This document shows positions 39,370 to 49,881 of a DNA stretch of 64,000 nt, piece by piece. Below the pieces are notes generated by a model. It did not search any database and had not been told where the DNA came from. It was given only the letters and a program-made list of their open reading frames with translations. Location of the stretch: the NCBI GenBank assembly GCA_002189035.1, contig CM007989.1, positions 930,001-994,000 on the forward strand, written 5' to 3'. A program made the position numbers and the translations under genes. The DNA is from Utricularia gibba (lineage: Eukaryota > Plantae > Magnoliophyta). The number at the start of each line of letters is the position of its first letter. Positions within the stretch are counted from its first letter, which is position 1.

Positions 39370-39480
39370 TTGATTATAGAGATAAGAAATAAGATAATTT
39401 AAAAATATGCATTTAATTTAATATTCAGCGCGGAAGGAAATAGAAGGGGCATGGGCGAAGCTGCTCACACCGGCGGTACG

Positions 39481-40250
39481 TCAGGGGACGTCTCCGGGGG
39501 TGGAATCAAGGTGCTTCCCCCATTCATGAAATCGGATTTGAAGTTCGAAAGCAGCGATCAGAAAGTATATCCCTTGAGTCTCACTCAGAATCTGCATCAC
39601 CTTCTTCAACGTCTCCATCCGGAGCTCATCTGCCATATTGAGAATCTCCACTAGCCCTTCCTTCTTCTCCCCGAGAACCCCTCGAGTGTCCCATCCGCCA
39701 CCGCAACCTCCGCTTCCGCCTCCCCATTCCTAATCGCCTCCGACACCAAATTCGTCAACGCCACCATCTTCCCATCCGCCAGTTTCTGCTGCTGCTTCGC
39801 TAATTTCTCGCTGATTCGCCTCTCCGCCTTCATCGTCTCCATGTGCAGAGTGTTCACCTCCTCCACCTGCTCCGGCATCAGATCCGCCAGATCCCCTACT
39901 TTCAATCCCCGAATCACCTCCGCCAATCGCGCCTCGAATTGCTGCCCTGATTTCGAGTACAGCAACTGGCAAGCCATACTCGGCCTCCAACCGCCGATCC
40001 AGGCAAACGCGTTCTCCAGATCACTCAGCCACGAAGGGCTGAACATCGCGGTGATGTTCTGTCGCGCGAATCGCGATTTCACATCGTAGTAATGCTCGTA
40101 GTGGCCAATTACGCGGTCGAGGACTCGGCGGCGGGCGGCAGCGTCGAGGCTAGGGTTCTTGGAGGCGGCAACGAGTTCCTCGAGGTGGCGCTTCTGCTCC
40201 GAGATCCAGCGTTCGAAGAAATCATGGAAGGATCCTCGAAGCCCGTCCAT
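39481..40250 (-). CDS. DOG1-domain protein (DOG1-like 3 clade), intronless; one apparent 1-nt frameshift
   Basis: FHDFFERWISEQ, RVIGHYEHYY, FSPSW...FAWIGGWRPSMA, LLYSKSG, DLADL. Adding one G at 39678-39681 continues GLVEILNMADELRMETLKKVMQILS...FHEWGK to TGA, giving 257 codons. Confidence 0.85.
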
Positions 40251-40521
40251 GGGCGGCGATGAGCAGTAGTAGACTTACGCCATTTATCGCAGATTTATGG
40301 CTGGGATTGCTGCTTCCTTCCAAGACCGCCCGCAATCCGGGTTCCGGGCGCCGGCACGCTTTCTTCTGACACAACCGGATACACACTGAATTCGAACCAG
40401 TAAAAACCCTCAACCAGAAGCTTCTAGCTTTTTCTTTTCTACTGAGTTTTGCCTCCGAGAAGATAACCAATAAATAAATAAATAAATATTGTTTATTTAT
40501 TTATTCCATGAGCGCGAAGGA

Positions 40522-42493
40522 TCGAAGTTCAGAAAGAATGGCAGGAGTGTAATGAGACATTTGTGCAGTTTTTACTAGCTGCGTGTGGAACTCCTGATCT
40601 TCTTCTCCGATGAGTGCCCGTTTACAGACGGCCATGAACTCCAGTAGCGCCGCGATCAACTGTTACAGTTCCCGAGACCGCAGCCTGGTTGCGGTTCGCC
40701 GGAGAGGAATGCAACCGCCACTTGAACTGCAACGGAACCTTGAAGTATCTTCTGAAGTCTCTGGAGTGGGGGAGCTGATCGCTTTCTGAGCTACGGTGTT
40801 CCTCGATATCATTTCTCAGTGCAGCCGTCCGGGTTTCGATCATTCCGATCGCATTCTCCACCTGGAAAACTCTAGTGATTCATATTTGGGAAAGTGCCCT
40901 CCACTTCCACTGATCCTCTAACCCACCCAGAGTTTTTCAAGTTTTAGTGAAAGGAGAATCGAATAGGAACCTGTCGAAAACTCGGGCACGAATGCTCCCT
41001 GTAGAAAGCAATAATATCCTTTCTCCTGCTTCCCAGGTCCTCCTCCTCCATCTCTGGATCAACTGCAGTGATCTGCAGGTAACAAACTTCCGGCTGCAGT
41101 TCATCGGCATTCACCTGCAAGTTTCTGATTAAATGAATACAGATAAGTGCAATCAGGACCCTGTTATGCAGGCATGAAATGATAACACTCTATGTAACAT
41201 CCTGAAATGGATTCCCTGGAAAGGCATTATCGTAAAGGACAATGAAAGTTAACTATCACCTCAAAATGAATAAGCCATTCCTCCAAGAGCTTGAAAAATA
41301 ATCTGGAACTAGCAGTACTTTGCTGCCATGCTTTGATAAGTGATGCATCATCCAATTCGAGCATGGCTTGCAAAACAGCAATGAGCACCTCATGCTTCTC
41401 ACTTGAGCTTAAATTGTAGAAAACAGGACTTTCATCTAGAATCTGTGAGAATGTAAAACCTGGTAAATGCAGGAGAAAGATGCAGGTCCAAAAGCACTTG
41501 TAACTCATCATAGTAAAAATAATAGTCTGTCTGATCTCGAACCAACAACTTGATAAAATAGGATGGAAGCATGAGTGCAGTTAGAAAAGATGTCCAGTAT
41601 CTAATTAATCATACAAACCTGGCCAATATAAGGGAAAGTATAGTTGTGCTGTACAAAGTTTGTCTTCTGGCTTCTGGTAGCCTACATCAAATTCATGTTT
41701 GCACAATAAGACCACAGCATTCTTGCTGCCTAATGGATAAACCAAGAAAAAAGAATTTCCATACGTAATGCTTTAGATTTCCAGAATTGTGTGTATCAAA
41801 GAAATCTGATTCTGGAAAATGGCTTCCAGATGTACTTTGATGCTGCTCATTGACTGATCCTTGGGCCTTAACCCTCCCATTGTTAGAAAGTTCCATTTCT
41901 GAAAAAAATATACATGCAGATATCCACATGGAATGATTTAGATTCCCAGAACTAAAATTTAACAATTAGAAACTAAAGATTTGCAATACATGTATAAACT
42001 CTCAGCGTCTGGTCACACTATGCAATACATGTATAGAATTTTGTGACAATACTCGCATGTAAATGACAAGTTTCTATGCATGAAGAAAAGTATGATGCAA
42101 TGGAGGTTAAATTCTATAATCACCTGTACACTACTTGCCAACAAGGGAATCAGTATTCGGCCCCTCAAATAGCTGCTTGTTAAAGCAAACAGGGCCAATG
42201 CTTTCATCACGTCCGTACTCGTTTTTATCTTTATTCCTATCGGCTCCATAGGACTGTACAAGCTCATTCAAATGGGGTCATTGCTCCAAGGTTCCGTCCG
42301 GCTTAGTCGTTCACATAAGAGGAATACTCATTGTACAGAGTACACTATCTAAAGGGAGAAAAATCCCCTGACATTTTTTGCTAAAAACACCATGAAGTAA
42401 ACTTACAACTGGGTTCAATCGATTGCAACTAGAATACGACTGGCGAGGAATCCTCGGGAACCGAAGCCCACTATTCGATGAAGTTTCCATCAC
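40522..42493 (-). pseudogene. SPK1: Unprocessed, massively deleted SPIKE1 (DOCK-family ROP-GEF) pseudogene
   Basis: Colinear relics: MMETSSNSGLRFPRIPRQS | DGTLEQ*PHLNELVQSY...FEGPNTD (TGA 42278-42280) | ILDESPVFYNL...LDDASLIKAWQQS...RLFFKLLEE | VNADELQPEVCYLQITAVD...RARVFDRFLFDSPFTK (2-nt loss) | VENAIGMIETRTAALRN...LLEFMAVCKRA...SHYTPAILSEL (TAA 40663-40665). Introns are retained. Confidence 0.92.
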
Positions 42494-42680
42494 TCAACTG
42501 AACGCCAACCACCCTAAATAAAACCAGCTGAAAAATCAAAGAACACATTCCCAACACGGATCATAACCCCACCCAACTATTCGATGAAGTTTCCATCACT
42601 CAACTGAATGCCAACCACACTAAATAAAACCTGAAAATTAAAGAACAGATTCCCAACGAGAATCATAACCCCACCTAACT
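42470..42680. repeat. About 106-bp tandem duplication covering the SPK1 pseudogene start codon
   Basis: ACTATTCGATGAAGTTTCCATCACTCAACTGAA...CATAACCCCACC starts at 42470 and again at 42576. Confidence 0.9.
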
Positions 42681-43325
42681 ACCACAGCATAATCAATAAC
42701 CCGAAAAGCACACAGAAACAAACCCAACCATAAAAAATAAAGATCTGCAGTCGTCACCGAGGTAATCCACAAAACCCACTGCCCAACAACTCCAACTAAA
42801 GAGATGCTGCCCCTTCACGAGGCGTCTACTCCCAAAATGTGCGGCCTTGAATGGAGCAGGTAGTCGCCAAAGAGCTCCTCATGGAAATGGATTTAAGCCA
42901 TAAAAGAACACCAATCAACTAGAAGCTCGCTCACCCCACTGCAACTGCAACCTTTTGCACGCTTTTTGAGTGGAAAGAGACGACCGTTGGCGTGTCATAA
43001 CTCTACCCAGCTTTTTAAATTTACTAAAATGTTGTAATTAATTAGCAATTACCGTTGATGCCTTTTTTTAATTCCCCAAACCAAACTTAAATAAACAAGT
43101 AAATGATACAATACTGACAAAACCCGATTCAACCCTCCCGCGTAAATTCAAGATAGGCACATGGTACGGGGTACTATTGACATTCGGGTAAAATGTTTTA
43201 CAAGAAGAAAACAACACACGGTCCCCAAGAATCGAATCCACTGGAAAGCAAAGTTTTGGGAAGAAGGTAATTGAAGAGAATGAGGAGGAGGAGGACCAGT
43301 AGAATGGCGACAAGTGTGTCGGTGT

Positions 43326-44622
43326 CTAAACCTTGGCAAGATGTTGGGTAATAAACTCCTCCATTTCCTTGATGAGGTGACCCGACTCCGGCAGCTGGGG
43401 GAACACGTAGAAGGCGTGGACCATCTTCGGGTACTCCAGCAGGCGCACCTCCTTGCCGGAGTCCCTGAGCCACTCGTAGTACCTTCTCTGCCAGTCCTTG
43501 AGCGTGTCGAACCCTCCGATCACCACGGCGGTCGGCGGGAAGTTGGGCAGCCGCGCGATGTCGGCGGCTCTGGGTCCGCTCACGTTGATCGACTCGTGGT
43601 CGCGGTCGGAATCCGGGATCAACGCCCGCCACATCCAGTCGGTTTTGTCGATTGTGACCAGGACGTCCACCTTCGCGAGCTCCAATTCAGATCGGGTTCT
43701 CTCTTCCCCGCCGAAGAAGGGCTGTATCGCAATCAGCCCCCGGACCTGTGCATGAAATAATATTTGTTTTTTTAAAAGGTCACATATATTAATAATTATA
43801 TTAAAAATATTTTATGTTAATTGAAATCACGTGACAGACAGGGCGTGTGAGACATCAGTATCATGTCCATTTAGTGAGTAATACGAAGGCGACATATCCC
43901 TGCAATGATTATAATATACTCTAAAAATCATGGATTGTGCTTTTTGGAAAATAAAATAATTTAAAAATATATTCTAAATTTGATGTCTACTGTAATTCCA
44001 GATTTAGAAACTAATGAAGATGAAAAGAGGGATTATGTGGGATTGCCTGTAAGCGGGAGAAGTCAGAGGACTCGCAGAAACGTATCGCCACGTGGTGCGC
44101 GAGGTTGGCGCCGGCGCTGTCTCCGGCGAGAAAGCAGTTCGACAAATCTGCCTTTTCCGGCAGAATGTCACTCCGCTGATCGAGATACCTCAGGACGTCC
44201 ATTCCGTCTTCGAACTGCGCCGGATATTTGTGCTCCGGCGCAAGGCGGTAGTTAACGGACACCACAATCGCGGGGATCTTGCGAGCGAAGCGACGGCAGA
44301 CGTTGTCGTAGTGCCTAAAATCGGCGGACAGGTACACGAATCCCCCGCCGTGGAAGAACACCAGCACGGGAAGGCGTTCGCGATCCGCCGCGGTAGGGAC
44401 GAAGATTCTGAACCACAGTTTCCGCGCAGCATCGACGGTGAAATCGGCGGTCCTGACGCCCTTCCGAGGCCTGGCCGACGGCCCCGAGAGCATACAGCAA
44501 TCGAACAAGTGGTATAATCCGCGATTCACAGTGCCGTCGCGGCGGCAAGCGGCGTCCGCGAGACTTCTGGAGAGAAAGTAAGAGACGCGAGTAACGACGG
44601 GGAGACGCGGCTTCTCTGCCAT
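43326..44622 (-). CDS. Carboxylesterase (CXE18-like alpha/beta hydrolase), 2 exons
   Basis: FHGGGF, SVNYRLAPEH, AGDSAGAN, IQPFFGGEERT, GGFD, MVHAF (full triad). Exon 1 44622-44047 (576 nt) and exon 2 43745-43326 (420 nt) join in phase 0 through a GC-AG intron. Confidence 0.92.
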
Positions 44623-45665
44623 CGGAGGAGCACCGCTGACAGAGAAAAGAAAAGGCAGTGAGACGGAATCGTCGCAGCGGGACAGACCATATCAAGGGCG
44701 CATTCATTATGTGGGTCCCAGTACCCCGTAATTGGGTAAGCGCCCAACCCCCAAAGCCTGCCGATCGCACTCAAGGCGCGGGCTAATTCAATTAAATTCA
44801 CCGCGTTTTTAATTTTTTCTTTTTGTTTTTCCCTCGGCAATCGGATTAGTGAGTTAGTCACATGATATTACATGGAACTGGAGGTCAAAGTAAGAATGCA
44901 AGGACTAGCGGCCCTGGTCTTATTTAAGACCATGTGGTCCACCAACCAACCGGCAGTTCTATTTATGTGTGTGTGCAGGAGGCTCTAGTCATTAGGCCAT
45001 TATTACAGAGGACACGGGAAGTGGCCAGCACCAGCGCCCAACCACTGCCCCCTCAACGAACTTTCACTTTCTCCCATCCACACAATACAATACGGGAAAC
45101 ATGGGCAGGCATTGCGACCCATAACTAACACCCCCTTGGTTCATTAAATTAAATCTTAATTTATTGTTTGTTGTAGGGTATTAATTGAGTTAAAAATGAG
45201 AAATTTGGGATCATTTAATTTTTTACAAGTTAGGAATACCTAACTTCTATTTTATTAAAATTATTTATGGAAAGTATTATTTGAAAAACAATACCACGCA
45301 ATTGGAATACTTGCTTTTTAGAGTTTGGAGGTTTAGGACTAAGGTTTTAATTATCCTAGTGTACTAAATTCTTGAGAAGAAACTTAAAGAAAGCCATATC
45401 ATGCCACACAACACACATATTAGGAATAAAAGGAAGTCCATAGGTTCTTACATGAGACCACACAACATCATCATGAAAGTGAAATGTGACATGCGCGCAT
45501 GACCGCGGCATGGGCATTTCAAACTAGGGATGGGAAGGATGCATCATCCCCTTATTCAGCACACTGCTCATCAAGGGCGGAATGGCAACATCGCCCTTGG
45601 CATTTATTTTGGGAATTTCATACCAGGTTGTCTTATGTTACATGCTGACTCGGGCGGGGGCGAGA

Positions 45666-47819
45666 TCAGCGGCGGATTCTGCGGCTTCGGGTCTCCACGT
45701 CGTCCTCCCGTGAAGCTTGACGAGCGTGTACACAGCGGCCCCGACGACGGCTCCCAGTGTGGGTGCGATGAAGTATATCCAGAGGGACTTGTAGTTGCCG
45801 GCTGCGATGGCCGGTCCCAGAGTGCGTACAGGGTTCATGGATGCACCAGTGGAAGTGCTGCACGAATTATACAGGGTTTTGTTAGGATAATACAGATTGC
45901 TGGATTGTGTATTGTGGTGTTGTGAATGGTGAGTGTGTTTACCCGGCAACAAGGATGTTGAGCAGAACAGTGGCCCCAACAGCGATTCCGGCGAGTTCTC
46001 CGACCTGAACAACGGCAAACCCCAGGCGGGTGAATGAATAGGCGATTAGTCCAACAGCGGGGGGTGGGTGATGAGCTTACCGCTCGAGTATCGGTGGCGA
46101 CGGCGGTGACGACGAAGAGGAGATTGAAAGTGATGAGGAACTCAAGCGCGAAAGCTTGGCCAGTGCTGACGCTTGGGACCGTCACGCCGCCGCCCATGAA
46201 TGGGTGGAAGCAGCCCTTGAGTGCGAAGGAGGCGCAGATGGAGGCGGAAACTTGGGCGGCGATGTACGCCGGAACATGGACCCACGGGAAGTGGCGGAGT
46301 ACGGCGAATGCAATGGTAAGAGACGGGTTGAGATGCGCCCCAGAAATGTGGCCAGTTGAAAGTATGACAATCATCACCGCGAGCCCGGCGCATGCTGCAT
46401 TCCCGATCAGAGTCTCCGCGCCGTTGTACTTCTGGTTCACGATAGGTCCCGCGGTGGCGCCGAAGATCAAAATGAACGTGCCCACGAACTCCGCTCCAAG
46501 CTGCAATTCAAACAACGCAATAAAAATCAATTCTTTCGCCCCCAAATCCACATTTGCTCTCATTAGATTTTTAAAAACCCTAAATTTAATACAAAAAAAT
46601 ATATTTAATTTATTCATCAAATTAATAACGACGACCAAGTCAATCCCCATCCCGTGTAGACAAGACAAGGGTCACGCCTTTTCCTGTCCGTTTTCACATT
46701 GAAGGAAAATTCCTAGACACCACTGAACATCTGAGCTGTCTCCATCCACAATGCCGTTATATTACAGAATCACCCCTCCACTCTTTCCATTTCGACCATA
46801 ATGCCCCTCTAATTTCCGACAAAAAAAATAACATAAAGTAAACCTTCACATCCTACTCTAAGGCATTGTATTGTAGCGTTTGTACAAAGGAACCGAAAGT
46901 TACACTAACATTTTAATACTCCCCTAGGGGAACATTATGACGCCATGCATGTGCCCCTCCCACATAACCAATAATACCCAAAATTTAAAAATAATATTAT
47001 GAATTATATCGAAATTATCATCAAATTCTTTTTTATTTCACTTTCATCAAAGAGTTGTTACTAGTAATGAAAATGAGATAAATGAAGTCACATATTAAAC
47101 ACATCAACTATGAAATTTTATATTAAAAAAAGGTATTAATAAACATGGGATTAATAGGAGCCGTAAACAAAGGGACTCATCAAATCATGTCGTGCTGTGA
47201 GGGGGGTGTTCCAAAATGGGCCCCGCAAGAGCATCTCACCCACCCCACTTGCACCATCCGCGGTTCACTGTGCTTCCATTGACTTTTTTTTTAAATAATT
47301 TATAAATGAACACTAATTTAGTTGTGCATGTAGTAGCATTTTTTGGAAAATATTTAAAATTAAAATATGTTTAATATGCAAATTTAAACATAAATGGTAT
47401 TTAAGTAAAATTAATTTAATGTAAAGCTTTTTACAGAGCAATCATACTAAATAAAATCAATTATAAACAATGCATTAGGTAAATGAATCTAAAGCACTTT
47501 TGCTTTTCTTCAGGAGAATCGCATTAAAATGACGTATTTTACCAGAATTAATAACATTATTAGTGTGAAAAAAAAGCATCGAAAATTCCGACTGAAGAGG
47601 AGGAGGAGGACGCACCTTGCGGGTGAGAGAAATGTCGGGCACCGCGAAGTCGGTGAGGCAGGTATGCGGCGTCCCCCACGACGGCGCGTCCACAGGCAGG
47701 CACTGGCACCGCGGCATCGACTTCCGTTCGTACGACATCGAATCGACGCTCGCCCGCCCCATCATCAGCGGGGCCGGCGTCCCGGGGGTCGTCGGTGTCG
47801 CCGCCTCGAAATCCCCCAT
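45666..47819 (-). CDS. NIP5;1: NIP II aquaporin / boric acid channel NIP5;1-like, 4 exons; apparent 1-nt frameshift near the C-terminus
   Basis: [22 protein letters not shown] | [26 protein letters not shown] (NPS), [13 protein letters not shown] (NPV). Adding one G at 45707-45709 gives the family-like end [15 protein letters not shown]. Confidence 0.93.
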
Positions 47820-47911
47820 CTTCCGATAACAAAACAAACCCAAAATAAAACCTTTTTTTTTTCTTTTTTGTTTTTTTGAGAGAGAGATCCTGGATTCGGG
47901 TGAGACGTAAA

Positions 47912-47917
47912 TTACAT
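47912..47917 (-). promoter_or_regulatory. AUG-stop minimal uORF (AUGUAA) in the NIP5;1 5' leader
   Basis: The minus strand reads GG-ATGTAA-TTTAC, 92 nt upstream of the main ATG. A second AUG-stop (ATGTGA) lies at 48061-48066. Confidence 0.7.
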
Positions 47918-49171
47918 CCTGGTCGGATTTTTTTTGCGATTCGGCTACGGAATACGAAAATCTAATATATCCAGTCTAGAGAAACGGGGGCTTCGCCGGA
48001 ATCAAATAATGCTGGCGGGATTGGAAGAAAAGCGCATTCTCCGGCGAACAGGGAACGGAATCACATGAAGGCAAAGGAGAGGAGACGGGTGACTGGGGAA
48101 TGGAGGAGGAGGAGAAGTCCAAGAGAAGCTCCATTATTTAACTGGAACTGGGAGTGGGAGTGCTCACGCTGAGCGAGCGGTAAGGCGTGAGCCAGAGATG
48201 CGGGAGAGAGAAAGTCAATGATCGCAAAAGGTCGAAGGGAGGGGGGTGCCCAATAATCAACCACTTCCCACTTTTTCACACTCTCCCCTTTCTTCACACA
48301 TTAATTATTCATTAAAAAATTAATAAATAATATCGAAATTCCAAATTAAATCATACCCTCCTTGAACATAATTCATCAAAGACGATGATGTCCCATTCGA
48401 ATAATTAGTGTGTTTTTGGTTTGGACACGAAAGCCACCCACTCGAATCATCATGTTTCTGATTAATCGCATCATTAAAATGTTTATTTTTTAATAGCATT
48501 GAATTAATAATGTAATTTTAGCAATTTATGGAGGTTTTTTATTTATTGAGTGGTGTCAACAGCATGTGACTCTACCACTGGACCTAGTCCTAGTTTGAAA
48601 CATAAGTGATGTTCATCACCAAAGTATAAAATCTCATAATCAAATGTCACATCCACGGGTAGGGAGACTCCTAGCGAAAAATATGTTTGAATTTGGAATA
48701 ATTTATACTTCTAAAAAAAACGTTTTAAAAACAAATTTGTTATCAATTATTTTCGAGAAAATATACCAAATATAATTATAGTTTCATTTTTGTGGTAAGG
48801 ATTATTTGGTAATAAATATAGTTAAAAAATGAGATTGTTAAATTTTGAATTAAATAAAGCTAATTATGTATAGTGTTCCATGATCATTTTATTTATGGTA
48901 AATAATGTTTTCCAACCTCCATAATCTTATTATAAAGCATAAAAGTTTTGTATTTTGTGATGGAGTTTATTTATTATAAAGAATGTTATGCTAACTAAAA
49001 CAAAAATGTGACATCTCCATTTAAAACTAATTGTCACTTTCTTATATACAATTTATTATCAAATATAATTTTATTAAAAAATAAATACTTTAGTGTACAA
49101 TATTTAGGGCTAATACCACATGCCTCCTTAATAAAAAATAATTTATTGCATGTGTATGTGGACTATCTTTG

Positions 49172-49211
49172 TATTATTATTATTATTATTATTATTATTG
49201 TTATTATTATT
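49172..49211. repeat. (TAT)n microsatellite
   Basis: Nine perfect TAT units, one interruption, then three more. Confidence 0.95.
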
Positions 49212-49881
49212 GGTATTGTGACAATTAATAATGTTGAGATGGACGACTCTATCACCCACTACACTCATCTTAAAAAATGTTGGTAGCTAAGTTCAAGGTG
49301 TTAAATTAATTTTTCAGAATATGGGATTTTAATTTCTTATTAAAATAAAATTATTGAAATTTATCCAAAATTTAAATTTTTTTGTTTCTAAAGTTTAATT
49401 AAATTTTTGTGTTTGGATCAAATCTGAAATCCTGCAACCATTAATTTGGGCATCATCATTCGGATCTTGAGGATGGTGCATTCATCGACCCGACCCGACC
49501 CGACTACTTGATGGTTTCTTTGAGTGGGTGGATTGAGCTTGCGTCTTCGTCGAATATTCAATTTTTATGAACAGTGATTCTTGGTTCCAATTGACTTTGA
49601 TGCGTTGCCGATCTCCTTGCTCCAGGAGTTTGGGTTCAACAGTGCAAGTAGTGTGTTGCTATTGACCGGAATTAGGGATGACGTGCTTGATTTTTTAGAG
49701 GAAAAGGAGGAAGGAACGCGGAAGACATTTCCAAGTTCATAGATTCCTTGATGGTTCAACAATCGGGGTGGAGTATTTATTGAGTGGATGTGTGATTAGG
49801 GTTTTTGATTGACGCCCCTTTCTTCTTCTGCTACTGCTGCTCATGTGCATCATCAGCTCAGGGATTGGGTGGGGGGAGTAA

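Noticed and set aside
37105-40710. Direct repeats read as LTRs of a retroelement or Pack-type transposon
   Set aside because: The repeats translate as SPK1 exon sequence, lack TG...CA ends, PBS, PPT and TIRs, and no gag/pol or transposase is present.
40622-43313. ORF-track peptides treated as an independent novel gene
   Set aside because: They are in-frame or shifted pieces of the SPK1 pseudogene, or the CXE 3' UTR.
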